Positions 40,027 through 53,652 of a stretch of 64,000 nucleotides of DNA are shown here, in pieces. Where the stretch lies: assembly GCA_964016885.1 (NCBI GenBank), contig OZ024750.1, forward strand, positions 14,694,001 to 14,758,000, read 5' to 3'. The position numbers and the translations under genes were made by a program. The first letter of the stretch is position 1. Each line of letters begins with the position of its first letter. Source of the DNA: Eledone cirrhosa. Taxonomy: Eukaryota. The notes beneath the pieces are model-generated. The model was not told the origin of the DNA. It searched no databases and saw only the letters and a program-made list of their open reading frames with translations.

Positions 40027-40178
40027 ATAATAATAAATGTGAAGACTAAAATTCAAAGAAGGCCCGATAAGGATAAATATATATATCAAATATATAAGAA
40101 CTCTAGAGCAAATATTTATTAAAATAACAGATTGAAGTTTAAGCAAAGAATCGCTGCTTTCACCCTTAACGGGATCTT
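40022..40178 (-). mobile_element. Penelope-like terminal fragment in (TA)n with a truncated hammerhead
   Basis: Minus strand AAGA-TCCC gttaa GGGT-GAAA-GCAGC, then AATAAA and a pyrimidine-rich tail. TA repeats lie on both sides. Confidence 0.45.
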
Positions 40179-40242
40179 ATATATGTATGTATGTATCTCT
40201 CTCTCTCTCTATATATATGCATATATATATATATACATATAT

Positions 40243-40291
<49 letters not shown>

Positions 40292-40982
40292 TAGATAGAT
40301 AGATATAGATATATATACACACATATATCTATCTATATGTATATATATATGTATCTATCTATATATGTATGTATATGTGCATATATATATGTGTGCATAT
40401 ATATGTGCATATATATATGTGTGTGTATATAATGTTATTTAATCTGAGCAGCACTCAGTGTGGCTGTGGCAGGCAGACATGACGAGCGGATGATGTTAAT
40501 CTGGATTTTTATGATGCATAAATTTACTTTAGCATAAATGACCTCCTACAACGTAAAATATATTGTCTGGGAGTGATTTCCTTTGGACATGAGACACTGT
40601 AGACATGATGAAATGAAGAGGTGAGAAGAACTATATACATGGAGTGGTTTATGAAGGGTGGTATATATGTAGCTTAGCTGACTAGTTTAGTGGAACAGGA
40701 ACTTGTTATATCTACTATAGAAGAGACACAATAATGATGGAGTGTTAACACACTTAATGTGGTTAGCATAATAGTTGGAAAGGAGGGGGAAAATTGACAG
40801 AATCATGAAGTTATTGGGCTGAAAATGTATTTCTTCCGGTTCACTTTACTCTGAGTCAAAATCCTGCTTAGGTTAACTTTAGCTTTCATTCTTTCAAGGT
40901 CGATGTATAATACATCTACTGTCCACCACTGAGTTTGATCCTCCCCTCCTTTCAGAAGGACATTAATGGTTTGAAATGAAGT

Positions 40983-41019
<37 letters not shown>

Positions 41020-41033
41020 CCATCACCATCACC

Positions 41034-41065
<32 letters not shown>

Positions 41066-41165
41066 CATCATCACCCACCACCACCACCATCACCATGCCA
41101 CATCATAAACCACCACCACCACTATAAATCATCATCAACATCATCATCATTATCACTCATCATTT
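40983..41165. repeat. (CAT/CAC)n microsatellite
   Basis: Source of the polyH/polyD ORFs. Confidence 0.95.
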
Positions 41166-41170
41166 ATCAC

Positions 41171-41381
41171 TAAGGCGGTGGATTGGCAGTATCGGTAGAG
41201 GATTGGACGTGACGCCATGCTTTGCAGCATAGAGTTACGTCCCTTTACAGCCTGAGTTCAAATCCCGCCGAGGTTAACTTTGCCTTTCATCCTTATGGGG
41301 GGGGGGGTCAATAAAATAAAGTACCAGTAATGTACTGAGATAATTTCTGGCCTTGTGCCAAAAGTAGAAACAATTATTATT
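41171..41381 (+). mobile_element. SINE family A, full length
   Basis: TAAGGCGGTGGATTGGCAGTATCGGTAGAG...AGTAGAAACAATTATTAT. Confidence 0.9.
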
Positions 41382-41932
41382 ACTTATAGCAAAAGACAAA
41401 AAAATGGACACAAAGTCCAAAAATGTAATGAGAGATGTTTGAGGTCATGTGAGAAGGTCATTAGGGGGATGGGGGTGGGCAGGAAATATATATATACATG
41501 TCATCATCATGATGATGCTGATGACATGTGCCATTGTCCTGTGTCCCAACTTCTATCGGTATGTTTACTTCGTTTTTCCCTCTTTTCCTTTTTTTTCTTC
41601 TTCCTCTCTCTTCACTATCACTTCTTTCCCTCATGGCCTTTTGATGGATAAAAGGCCATGGGCGCGCTACAGATCGATGTTCTGTTTTAAGCGCGGAAAC
41701 ATGGGGCATGCTACAGATAGATGTTCTGTTTTAAACGCAGAAACATCTATGATCTGAGGTAAACAGCTGATGAAGGGATACTTTTCTTCTCTTGTTTATG
41801 TCCCGTTTACCTTCCAACACTTTCTTTTCAGTAACCACACAGCCTGCCTCTTCACCTGTATTTATATATATATATATATATATATGTTTTTAATTAAACA
41901 TACAGTATATTGCCAAATATACTATATATACA

Positions 41933-42000
<68 letters not shown>

Positions 42001-42002
<2 letters not shown>

Positions 42003-42181
42003 AACCAGTAAGACCCCGACGGCTGAGCTCAAGCCGTTTCGACGGCTAATTCTGCGTCCAGAAACGGCTTGAGCTCAGCTGTCGGGGTTTTACTGGTTCC
42101 TATTACCCACTCTACTACCCCAAGTATTGAGTACTTTGGTGCGTTATGGTCCACCTGGTTCCTTACCACATTTCCTTCGTT
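42001..42181 (+). mobile_element. Fold-back element in (TA)n, copy 1 (probably Penelope-derived)
   Basis: 40-bp inverted arms (42001-42040, 42061-42100) around a 20-nt spacer, then an 80-bp tail. Near-identical to 43638-43827. Confidence 0.65.
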
Positions 42182-42197
42182 ATATATATATATATAA

Positions 42198-42258
<61 letters not shown>

Positions 42259-42526
42259 TATATTCAGCGAGAATCGTATTTCGGCTGGTAGAAAAAGCGA
42301 AACGAAACGCAAAATCGTAGAAATGCTGGCAAGCGCTCAATAGTCAAGAAAACTAGAGCTAAACAATATGTTAAAACGCCATACAAACTGAAAAGTGGTC
42401 AAGAAGGCATTAACCACCTAAGCCAAAAAAACAAGTCAAGCTAAACAGGTCAAACAGAATAAATGATATATATATATATAATAAATATATATATGGTTGG
42501 TAGAGTCCATAACACCAATCAACCCC

Positions 42527-42589
42527 TTTTATAGCTCTGATGAATCCCACGGTTACACGTAAGGAAGAAACATTGTTAGCCAATAAAAA
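42527..42589 (+). ncRNA. Type I hammerhead-ribozyme motif, partly degenerate
   Basis: GCT-CTGATGA(42537-42543)-ATCCCACG gttaca CGTAAGGAA-GAAA(42567-42570)-C att G-TT-AGC. The TTTTAT/ATAAAA pair extends stem I. Confidence 0.55.
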
Positions 42590-42625
42590 TCTTTTGATGT
42601 TGTAGACGCTCTTGTGTTCTTTTTC

Positions 42626-42757
<132 letters not shown>

Positions 42758-42798
42758 ATGATATTAATAAATGGAAACTATATTTATAAAACCATATT

Positions 42799-42862
42799 TA
42801 TTTTATTATATATATTTCAAGGGTACCAAAAAAACTTTGGTACGCTCTCATCAGATAAAATA
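42799..42862 (-). ncRNA. Mirror copy of the minimal hammerhead ribozyme
   Basis: Exact reverse complement of 42977-43040 in the left palindrome arm. Confidence 0.75.
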
Positions 42863-42976
42863 CAAAATTTGTTTTATAAATAGTGACATACCCGATAAAC
42901 CAGACCTTATCAGTTCAGTTCCATTTGGATAAGGTCTGGTTTATCGGGTATGTCACTATCTATAAAACAAATTTTG

Positions 42977-43040
42977 TATTTTATCTGATGAGAGCGTACC
43001 AAAGTTTTTTTGGTACCCTTGAAATATATATAATAAAATA
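42977..43040 (+). ncRNA. Minimal type I hammerhead ribozyme
   Basis: Stem I TATTTTAT/ATAAAATA (8 bp); CTGATGA 42985-42991; stem II GAGCGTACCAAAG ttt TTTTGGTACCCTT; GAAA 43021-43024; 1-bp stem III with palindromic loop T-ATAT-A; AUA triplet, predicted cut after 43032. Confidence 0.75.
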
Positions 43041-43198
43041 AATATGGTTTTATAAATATAGTTTCCATTTATTAATATCATTGATATTATACTCCAGGAA
43101 AGCTGTAGAGTGCTTCGAATCTGTTATAATAAATAAATTTGTTGAATTACCAGCAAATTAAATATCTCTTCGCTTATATATATATATATATATATATA

Positions 43199-43490
43199 GT
43201 GCAAATTTATACGGGAACAAAACAGAGAGGCAGACAAATAAAGGTTTATTAGGTTCACGCTTTTGAGAGTAAGGGGGGGGGGGGACGTTTTGGGCATAAG
43301 CCCTTCTTCAGGAGTAAATAGGTTAGGAAGAGAGTTCAGAGAGTGTGTGGAAAGGAAAAAAGAAATGCAACTGGAGTCTTTTTTTTTTTTTTTTTTTTTT
43401 AATATATATTTATTTGGTTCCTTTATCTGTTTCGCAGTTCTTGTGCTTTTCAAAAGTAGAATTGAGATGGAGGGTTTGTGGTTTTTCTCA
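43199..43490 (-). mobile_element. Penelope-like terminal fragment with a mutated hammerhead
   Basis: Minus strand CCTGAAGA-AGGGC ttat GCCC-AAAA-CGTC (43284-43312; GAAA to AAAA, consistent with CpG decay), then AATAAA. Flanked by (TA)n. Confidence 0.55.
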
Positions 43491-43603
43491 CATTATATAT
43501 ATATATATATATATATATACCACCTAGGTACTATGACATAACCTGTGTATTTGCTGGCATAGGCGTGCATCTGTGCGCTTATGTTAGTTGATATATTAAA
43601 TTA

Positions 43604-43637
<34 letters not shown>

Positions 43638-43639
<2 letters not shown>

Positions 43640-43825
43640 AACCAGTAAGACCCCGACAGCTGAGCTCAAGCCGTTTCGACGGCTAATTCCTAATGAATTA
43701 GCCGTCGAAACGGCTTGAGCTCAGCTGTCGGGGTCTTACTGGTTCCTATTACCCACTCTACTACCTCAAGTATTGAGTACTTTGGTGCGTTATGGTCCAC
43801 CTGGTTCCTTACCACATTTCCTTCG

Positions 43826-43827
<2 letters not shown>
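43638..43827 (+). mobile_element. Fold-back element in (TA)n, copy 2
   Basis: Perfect 52-bp arms (43638-43689, 43695-43746) with a CTAAT loop, and the same tail as copy 1. Confidence 0.7.
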
Positions 43828-43880
<53 letters not shown>

Positions 43881-44227
43881 TAGATAGATAGATAGATAGA
43901 TAAATATATATACACGGGTGTGTATGATTGTGTATAGAAGATTATATTAATAAGAGGAATTCCAACTTTGTCTGATTTACTCGTTTTATTTACAATCCTT
44001 TAAAATTTATAATGGTATTATAATGAAATAGTATGGTAGAATATTAAATTCTAAGTGTTAATTGAACAAGTACTTTCATGCTTTCGCAATCTTCAGGTTC
44101 ATAATATGTGGTGACAGTCAAGTTTGCAATTTTCAACTATATATATATATATATATATATAAAGATGACAGTGAAACAGACCAACTGTCAAATCTGGTTG
44201 TTGAACCAAATGCTGTTGTTATTAACA

Positions 44228-44740
44228 GTGATGATGATGATGGTGGTGGTGGTGGTGGTGGTGAAGGTGGTGAAGCAGTAGGAGTGGTAACAGTGAAAGT
44301 AATGGAACTGAGAGTGGTATTAGTAATATGGGGATGGTGGTGGAGCTTGTAAAGACAGTCAGGCAATTGCAACTAGTAGTAGTAGTGGTGGTGATGGTGG
44401 TGTTGGTGGTGGTGGTGGTGGTGGTGGTGGTAATAGCAGACCACAATGATGATGATGATCATGGAAGTGATAATAATGATGATGATAATGATGATGATGA
44501 TGATTTATAGTGGTGGTGGAGGGGCTTATTATGTGGCACAATGATGGTGGAGGTGGTGGTGTTGGTGGAGGTGGTGATGGTGGTGGAGCTGGTAATAACA
44601 GACCACAATGATGATGATCATGGAAGTGATAATAACGATGCTGATGATTTATAGTTTTTGTAGTGGTGGTGGTGGTGGTGATGGGTTTATTATGTGGCAC
44701 AGTGATAGTGATGGTGGTGGTGGTAGTGGTGGGGATGATC
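44228..44740. repeat. (GAT/GGT/GTA)n low-complexity tract with an internal duplication
   Basis: CAGACCACAATGATGATGATCATGGAAGTGATAATAA...TTATTATGTGGCACA occurs twice. Confidence 0.85.
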
Positions 44741-45194
44741 TCTGTGGCAGTAATGGGGAAATGATCTTTTGATAAACTCCTACTTGGGTATTAAAATGAA
44801 ACACACCCTTTGAATTCCATGCATTTCTCTCATTTTGGAAACGAAGTCAGTCATTGAATATGTGTTTAATATTTGGGAAGTTGGAAGGGATTGTTGAAAG
44901 CATAAAGAAAACAAAACAAAACAAAAACCATGTCTGTGAAGTATTTATTTAATATTTAGGAAGTTTATACAGAAATAAAACACACAATTAAAGGGGACAA
45001 AAAAGAAAGGAAGGAAGTGAAAAGAAAAAAAAGAAAAAAATAGTTATACAGTGAAAGAAAGGAAGAAGGCAGTGTTAGATTTACCATTGTGCTTAGGTGG
45101 GCTTAAATACACTCCCTCCGTTGGCCAAGGGTAGGGTCCATCTTCCTGCCAAAAATATTGTTTACTTCCTTCAGGGTTCAAGTAGTCTCATAAC

Positions 45195-45419
45195 TTAACT
45201 CTTTAGCGTTTAAACCGGCCATATCTGGCCAGAATTCTCTGATGTCGTTCTGTTCAAACCAGCTGTAACCAGCCACGCATACTGATGTTAAGGTATTGTT
45301 CTCAAAATGAATAATATCAAAATCTCATAGATTCGATATTATGTGAGATGAAGCATTTACTGAGAAAATAGAGAAAATATAATAGTAAATATAGAGTAAT
45401 GTGAATGCTAAAGAGTTAA
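45195..45419 (+). mobile_element. MITE family 1
   Basis: TTAACTCTTTAGCGTT...AATGCTAAAGAGTTAA. Confidence 0.85.
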
Positions 45420-46171
45420 CTAGCACAGGTTCTCATTTGTTCTAAATCTGGCACTGAGAGAAGGAGAGGGACAAGGCACTATACAGCCCCCCTCCCCAGT
45501 CTAAGTGGTGCCTCAACCATGCCCTGTGGATGAAACACCAAAATCAGTCGTTACTGCAGATGATGGCCTGAGACACCCAACTACAATAGCAACCCCACCC
45601 CACCTCACAAGGCTCCTTCCTCAAGTGGGCCACTGTTTTTTCAAATTTTGCAGAACAGATATCAGTACTGAAACTTGTTCAGAAACACCAAACATGTAGA
45701 AGGATAGTGGCTATCTTGAATAATGGATTTGTTATTCAAACAAACAAACAAGTATAATAAATCTGACAGTTATGAAAAATGTGGAATAAAAATGTATATT
45801 CCAGGAAGTGTTGTGGGTAATTTTTGTTGAGATTGAAATAAATGTGAATTTTCTTGTATAAGTAATGGTTTTATGTATGAGATACCACTACCCAAAACCA
45901 TATATACTGTTTTCCTCCCCAATTGGAAGTGAACATGAGGGTACCATCCACATATTCGGAGGAGAAAGCTCAGGAGTAGCATGTATTAAGAACTCTATGC
46001 TCTAGCCGGTCCATGTTTATAATGGCTTAAAATCCCAATAAACATGACCCCCATGGATAGTTCTGATGTCTTATTTTATGTAGAGTCATTAAAACGGAAG
46101 TAGAAATTCTTCACAGTAGCAGTCAAGAGTTGGTTAATGTCTAAGGACTGTTGGTGTAGTAGTGATATTTT

Positions 46172-47480
46172 TAGTCCAGTAAAAATATGGAATAAACTCC
46201 CATTAATTGCAACAAAATTTCTTCTTTCACCAGTGACTGGGAGCCTATTTATTGTCATACTAAAAGTTCCCCAGTATCCAAATAGAGGAACAGTTAGAAA
46301 TTCAAAATGGAGTCCAAGATGACATCCATACCACATAGCTCCATTCTTAACAACATAAAGTCTTTATCCTTTGACCAATCTTTTAATGTAGTGTATCATT
46401 TCATATTAAATTATCATCAACAAATGCACATATGATGTTTAAAATGATCTATGACATCAGTACACATATATAAATGTGCCAATCTCATGCCATTTAGTGG
46501 GTCAGTACATATTTTAACCAAATTATATGAGCTGGTAAAATTTCACTGTAGTTATATAAATTATATTATATATATTTTTTGTACACATATGTTGTAGGAT
46601 ATTTTTTATTGTTTTTTTTCCTTTTTATTTCACAATAAATAAAGAAGAAATAATAAATATGGATATATTCTATCATCCTCTTTGCAGTAAACCGATAATG
46701 CAAAAATGAGGACAGCACATAGCTAACAACTAAAAGTTGCAAAGGTTTCCAAAAAGTGAGTGGAATAAATGAGAGTCTTCTTCTTGTCATATGACAAAGG
46801 TTAGAGAGACAGATCAAGAATGGTGAGCCAGACTAAGGCATCATTTGTAGTATTATGGATTACCTCCAGGCTACTGGGAAAACATCTGAGGGGGCAATCC
46901 CAAACAACATGCAGCACTGTCTGGTGGGGTCCCCACAGTCACATGCTGGACTGTTTTTAATTTTCCATCGATGGAGCTTGAGAAGATGTTTACACCCTAC
47001 AAGACAAAGATTTCAGGGCTGTGTTCGATGGGCAGCAGTGGATAGTTGAGTGGTACTGGAAAGGAGAGCCTCTGATGCTTTAAAGTTGATCAACCACAAT
47101 ATAAGCAAAGGTCTTTCTGAAAGTCATAGAATATTTGCATGAAAATGATGAGAAGTTGATCATGATTAGTGGATAACTATCTGACTGATTCAGACACTAC
47201 AGAATATGGTTTCATTCATATGAAGGAACTTGTAATAAAATACTTCAGAAATAATCACTAAAATCAATGTCAAGGAATGTAGTTACAATTCTCAGTTCTG
47301 CATCAACAACTCTACATGATTTTCATGCTTCACTAAACCATGTAAACCATGATCTGGAAAAGAAAAGAAGAATCAAAACAGCTGCCAAGTTCAAGAAAGG
47401 TTATTATCCTGACTAGAAAGACATAAGTTCTTTAGATACAACAGCAGCCTCTTTCCTTTCTGAATCTCTTCAATTTTTTT
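46172..47480 (+). mobile_element. Putative Academ-like DNA transposon remnants (TAG-starting terminus and ORF fragment)
   Basis: TAGTCCAGTAAAAATATGG...AAATTCAAAATGGAGTCCAAGATG. At about 47140-47400 decayed frames give YGFIHMKELVIKYF..NVVTILSSASTTLHDFH..EKKRRIKTAAK. The family call is recalled from memory and is tentative. Confidence 0.35.
46990..47090 (+). mobile_element. Short LTR-retrotransposon pol-like fragment
   Basis: DKDFRAVFDGQQWIVEWYWKGEPLML* resembles the pre-RT segment of invertebrate LTR elements. Confidence 0.4.
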
Positions 47481-47714
47481 TCCCGAGAAGCTCTTTACAA
47501 GTAAAGATGTGAAGCCTAAAATAGCGTCTATTGATTAAACAATTAGGAAGTCAAACAGACCTTGAATAATTATTGCTCATTTCAGATAGATCTAGGTGTT
47601 CAACTCCATTATAATTTTACATTTAGATTTCTGATTAACACACTTAATAGTCTTAGATTCTGCTGCAGATAAACTGAATAGGCTTTTATTTGTATAATAT
47701 GATAAATTAGAATA

Positions 47715-47878
47715 TCAAGGAAGATCTGGGTAGAGGTGGTGAAAACTGATCTCAAATTGCTGAAACTCACAGAAGAGATGATGAAGGAATGCAACGAGTG
47801 GAGAGATGCTGTGCTGAAAAGAACCCATCCAATCCATGCGAGCATTGAAAAATGGATATAAAAATGATGATGGTGATA
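47715..47878 (+). mobile_element. RTE LINE extreme 3' end
   Basis: RKIWVEVVKTDLKLLKLTEEMMKECNEWRDAVLKRTHPIHASIEK followed by a (GAT)n tail. Confidence 0.8.
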
Positions 47879-48229
47879 AAGAATAAATTTTATATATATA
47901 TATAACCTAGTGGTCGTTGATCTGTCCTGTTCGTTTGTCTACCAGCACATCATGAACAAATTATACATTTTCTATGTATTTTGTCTGAGGAGAACATATT
48001 TTGCTTTATGTTATACATAAAACTTTGCATCATACAATGAAATAAATAGAGATGATATAAAGTATATTCGTTTATTACTATTGTATATATATATATATAT
48101 ATATAATTTATATATATATATATATATGTATATTTATATATAAAATTTATTATTTATTCTTTGTCGTTAACATTATTATAAAAAACAATAATTATTATTT
48201 TTTAGAAATTTCATATAGCTTAAGAGTTC

Positions 48230-48680
48230 ATCAGGTGAAAGTCTGGCCTTGCAGTCCAGGCATACTTAAGAAACTATATTCACCTATTGTATGTCAATGA
48301 CAAACCACTGACTCTCCATGCACACTGATTTTATACAAATATCTAACATATACCAAGAGTTAAACCACATTTGTAATGTTGGTCAATTCAACCAAGAGAA
48401 TCACACAGTACTTCCTTTAAATCTCTCAGTAAGTTGCACAAATTAGTTAATACTAATTTCTGCAATTCTTTTAATTACCATATCATTTGACTGGAATTTT
48501 TCTTATTTTGTCTGCAATGATCTTTCTGTGAATAGTTTTTTGTAACTCTGTCTATCATTAGTAACACTACTTCTTTGCCAAGTGTGGCCGATTTTTTTTG
48601 GCTTTTGCAATTAAGTATGAGGCTTTGTCTGATATGCCTAAGTATTTTTCTTGAACCAGTTCTTTTATTCTGAGGTAAAA
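48230..48680 (-). mobile_element. hAT (Buster/Charlie, ZBED5/SCAND3-like) transposase remnant
   Basis: ASYLIAKAKK-PHTLGKEVVL..IADKIRKIP-SNDMVIKRIAEIS..QLTERFKGS..ELTNITNVV*LLVYVRY across frameshifts. Confidence 0.75.
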
Positions 48681-49109
48681 ATGGATGTCCAGACAGGTTG
48701 TCATTAGACTGCAACCATGCTGGGACACTACCTTGATATATATTTTAAAAATATATCTTTGCACTTTTGATAATAATAATGGACATTAACTTAAAATAAA
48801 CTTTATTTATAAGAGTTTCAATAGCATAATAAATTAAAACATGTAAAAATATATTTTATATTATTATAAAAGGGCACTCCACCTGATTTCAGTAGGAAAT
48901 TTTTTTTTCCTTTTTTTTTTTTTTGCTTATCAATTAATCTAACCTCTAAGATAAGCAAAAAAAAAAAAAGGCAACCTACTTTTTTCCTGAAGAATGGAGT
49001 TTTCCCTACAATTTTTTTTTCATCTACAATTAAAATGAGTGATTTTATTTCATAAAACCAGCACCAGTTTTGGCTGGGTTGGTAACTAAAGGGTTAAAAT
49101 TAAAATCTG

Positions 49110-49386
49110 TTCCAGCATGGATACTCATTAGGTTGGTGTTTATCCCAGTTTCCTTAGCATTAATTGACTGAGAGTACAATACTTCCTTCACCCTAGAGAT
49201 GAGGCCAGTCCATTGCAGGGTTAACTCCCAGCTACTGCTGGTACTCATTTTCAGCTGAGTATACTGGAGCAATGTGAAATGAAGTGTTTTGCTCAAGAAC
49301 AGAACACACAACCCAGTCCAGGAGTCAAACTCATGTCATTATGATCGTTAATCCAACACCCTAACCACTAGGCCACATGCCTTCAC
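49110..49386 (-). mobile_element. tRNA-head CORE-type SINE
   Basis: GAAGGCATGTGGCCTAGTGGTTAGGGTG head, TTCTTGAGCAAAACACTTCATTTCAC core, different 3' tail from family C. Confidence 0.75.
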
Positions 49387-49419
49387 ATATTTAGTATACC
49401 TGCATACATACATACAATG

Positions 49420-49718
49420 TGCTCTGTTGTAGAGATCAGCTGCCCCCTTGATGTCAATGTTGTAAGAAAAATACAAGAGAAGAAGGACATCTATGGAGCA
49501 TTGATGAGGAGTTAGCAGATCCAGTATCCAAGATATATCTTCAGCTTCATACTCCTCATTATTGGAGCTACAGGTTATATACCAGCCCGCTTGGACCAAA
49601 GTATGACTGAACTTGGATTTGTGGACAAAGAACGCAGCTCCTTAATTCATAGACTACAAATGGCTGCGATAGCTGGCACCTTCAAAATTTGCAAAACATT
49701 CTTGCAATTCAAGGGATG
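49420..49718 (+). mobile_element. R4/Dong-like non-LTR retrotransposon C-terminal endonuclease fragment
   Basis: EISCPLDVNVVRKIQEKKDIYGALMR..YPRYIFSFILLIIGATGYI..LGF..RLQMAAIAGTFKICKTFL. Confidence 0.7.
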
Positions 49719-50479
49719 ACAATTTCTTTTCGTTTACAACCTTGCTACCAGGAAGGTGGCCAGTCAAAAATGTACTCAAAATTAAGAGAAAGAGAAACAT
49801 ACATACATATATACATACACATATATGTTCAAATATTAAATGATATATAGATGGACATATACATGTTTACATTCCCACAGCTGTCCGTTATTAGTTGCAA
49901 ACTAAACTATATTGCAAAGATTCCTAAAAGATGTTTAAAATATTTCTTATCAGTTCTTATAATATTTCAATGATGTGTAGTGTTTGTATTAAGACTATCT
50001 AGATCAGCTGTCTGTTGCTTGGCAACAGCTGGCAACTAGTTTTTTTTTAAATTACAAGCAACATGCTACAAAACAGCAAATTATATTAAAACTATAAACC
50101 TTTAAGTAAAATTGATATATAGTATGCTCAGGGAGTCAAAGGAGCGAATGTTCTGGGTACCCCTTGTCAAACAGGGTGCCCTCTAGGAACAATCCTGGTC
50201 CACCCCAAACTTGAACTACCCCGAGCATCCCATGACCTGACTAAGCTAAAATTTGATAATGCTGTAACACCAATGTGACTTTTGGATGATATTTTTAATA
50301 CTTTTATTCCCTATTCCAGAAATTTGGACCTAAATATATAGATAATAGAGCTTCTAGCTGAATGGACGGGGGAAAAATTGGATGATGTAAAGGGTAAAGG
50401 ATAAAGGATAAAGTCATGAATGACTATGGGATTTACATCTAGAAAGTTTCCTTTCCAAGGCTCAAATCTGGGCAAAGTG

Positions 50480-50738
50480 TTTTTGTGGAAAACCAGCAGT
50501 TGTCCATGCCTACCAGTCTCCACTTTCCTTGCCACCATTGTTGTCCAATGGAAAGGCAAAGGCCGATATAGATTGACATCAGTGACATCGCAACTCATTT
50601 ATACAGCAGAGTAAACTGGAGCAATGTGAAATAAAATATCTTGCTCAAGAACACAACACATCACCTGGTCCAAGAATTGAATTCACTACCTCACGATTGT
50701 GAATCTGACACTCTACCCACTAAGCCACATGTCTCCAC
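50480..50738 (-). mobile_element. tRNA-head CORE-type SINE
   Basis: GGAGACATGTGGCTTAGTGGGTAGAGTG head and TTCTTGAGCAAGATATTTTATTTCAC core. Confidence 0.7.
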
Positions 50739-51052
50739 ATGATATTATCATAGTTAATATATGATTTTTATTTTTATAGACAAGTTGATGAGAAAAAGAG
50801 GAATGTAAAGCAGAGATTTATTTTTAAAAAAATATAATTTTTGAGATTAAACATTTGTGAATTTTACTCTCTCACTAACACTACCACTAATAAAAACAAC
50901 AAAGCCCATACCAGTGAGAGACAGAACCTCTATATGGTTACTTGACTTGTCAGAAATAGCAACAAAATCTCCCTCAAATTACACTATATATGTATATATA
51001 CAAGGTCCAACCCTTACAAGCAGGGAAAAGCGGACGTAAAATGATGATGATA

Positions 51053-51150
51053 CAGGGTGTCCCCAAAAATGTATACAAACTTTCATTACCTGTACAGGCA
51101 ATATCTATTAGAATGCACAGCCTGTATATATAGATTTTTGGGACACCTTG
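51053..51150. mobile_element. Tc1/mariner-type MITE
   Basis: TA-CAGGGTGTCCCCAAAAA...TTTTTGGGACACCTTG-TA. Confidence 0.75.
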
Positions 51151-51166
51151 TATATATATATATATA

Positions 51167-51533
51167 TCATCATCACCGTTTTACATCCGTTCTTTCATGC
51201 TAGCATGGGGTTAGATGGGTTCTCCTGTTATGGGCAGTGCCCGGTCGATTTACCTTGTCTTTCTCATACGGGAACTGATTCTGGCTTGATTTCTACAACT
51301 GGATGCCCTTCCTAACACCAACCTCATTTACAGTGAGTGCTGGGTGCTTTTTTTCCGTGGCGCCTACACGTCCACTTTACAGTGTGGGCTGGGTGATTTT
51401 TTGCCGTGGCACCTCCACGACCACTTTGCAGTGGAATGATAGGGACCCCAGTCCTATCATCACATTTCTACAGTTGAGTAAACTGGAGCAATTTGAAATA
51501 AAGTGTCTTGCTCAAGGAAACAACACATCACCC
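51167..51533 (-). mobile_element. SINE family C, head truncated
   Basis: Matches 29400-29738 and has an extra internal repeat unit. Confidence 0.8.
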
Positions 51534-52627
51534 AAAGAGATTTTGGGTAATGTAGTCTGTGATACATCATCATTATCATCATCATTTTATGTCCATTTTC
51601 CATGTTGGTATGGGTTGGAGGTTGGATGACTTGTCACAGTCCAAGACCAGATGAGTCAGAGAAACATATCTTGCTCATACATTCCATATTTGGGTATAGT
51701 TTCTACAGCTAGTTGCCTTTCTTAACTCCCACCCTTTTCATATAGTGTAATGGGTGCATTTTATATAGTGCCACCAACAATATATAGATTATTATGTACT
51801 TAGCAAGAGTGAAGAGTCATCTCTACCCTATAACCAATATATGGCCAACAAGATCATAACAGCTGGAATACTGTTGATCATAGCTCTTCTCAAACAGGAC
51901 TGATGGAAGCTAAACACTAACCTCAACAATACTTTCAAAGTTCATTTTTCTGTACTTACTGCTTTAGACCAAATGATACAGCTGAATAATGTTTTTTAAA
52001 ATGTTTTCCTTACCATTACAGGAAGATGTCATAGTGAGCTGAAGCTGTCACATTACATGGCTGATAGACAACACTTCTTTTACATAAGCATATCAGTCTA
52101 TCCCACATTGTTATTGAGATAAGCTTACAAACTAAGGAAGTAGTTGTCCTTTTACAGTCCCCTCTAACACCCACACATACTATTGTGTATACATAATTGC
52201 TGTCTTCTCAAGTTACTTATTTAGAAATCAGTAAATTGGCTATATTTTTCATGTATCATCACAGTAGTTATGATCGTTGTATATAAGCCATTGATCAGTC
52301 AACTGAAGTCTTAGCAACCTAACAATGCAACCATTACTGAAGTCTTAGCTCCCCACTTCTGTCATAGATTTACAACTTCTGTGAAGTCGGCTGTTTATCA
52401 CATTTGGTGGTAAATTGCTCCTCCCCATCTTCTTTTTTCCTTCTTTTTTCTTTCCTTTATCATTTTTGTTCAATGAATTTATATTATTGTGTTATTATAC
52501 ACAGTTTAAACATTATATTTGTAATGTCCTTCTGAACAAATTACGAGCATTTGTAATGTTATTTATGTATATATTTAAAACATATTTGCAATGTTATTCT
52601 ACTATAAATTTATACAATTATAATAAA

Positions 52628-52823
52628 ACTTCTGTCATAGATTTACAACTATTTCCCACTTGTGTCATAGATTTACAACTATTCCCCAGTTGTATCATAG
52701 ATTTACAACTATTCTCCACTTCTGTCATAGATTTACAACTCTTTCCCACTTTTGTCATAGATTTACAACTCTTTCCCCACTTCTGTCATATATTTACAAC
52801 TATTCCTCACTTCTGTCATAGAT
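52628..52823. repeat. 30-bp minisatellite, about 6.5 copies
   Basis: Unit CTTCTGTCATAGATTTACAACTATTCCCCA. A solitary unit lies at about 52350-52380. Confidence 0.9.
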
Positions 52824-53611
52824 TGAAAGCTTCTAAATATCATTTACAAATAGTTTGCCAGAACAAGACAGTATGCAATTGTATGTAGCTCTTCTAATAT
52901 AACAGAAACATATTCAGTGGAATTGTTTGGGTGCCAAGCTTTAAGATAAAAATTCATGGTTCATATTCTGTTGCTTGCACTGTCACCCTAAAACCTCAAC
53001 TGCCTGGTTAACCTAGTTATACCATAAAGTAGAACCAACTAAACACTTTAAGCAGTAGAAACAATATAATATTAATGCAAGCTACTTAACTGTAACTGCA
53101 CCTAAAGCACTAATTTACTATTGATATGATCAAAACACAATAATTGATTGCATTCACTCATTGCTTAGCTTACTTGATATTAAGATCTTACTTTTTATTG
53201 GGCATGGATGTCTCCTCAAGTCGGTCAAAAGTTGAAGTCACTATCTAACATCCTAATCTTAAACTTTTCCTTTTTCAGTTAATTAATATGGTTTAGTGAA
53301 GGCGTGTGGCTGAATGGTTAGAGAATTAGATTTGCAATCATGAGGTTGTGATTTCGATTCCCAGACTGGGTGATTCGTTATATCCTTGAGCAAGACACTC
53401 TATTTTACATTGCTCATTCTGCTTGGAGTTGCGACCGACAGATAGTATTAGCAATTGGAAAGACGAATGAAAACATTGTTTCCTCGGTCCGATTTGACGA
53501 GCTTCATCCCAATCGTTAAACAAATGAGGTCTGGGATCTTGTCAATCAACTATTTTTTTTTCTAATATGGTTTGCTAATTTGTTGTGGATCTAACTCTCT
53601 CTCTCTCTCTG

Positions 53612-53652
<41 letters not shown>

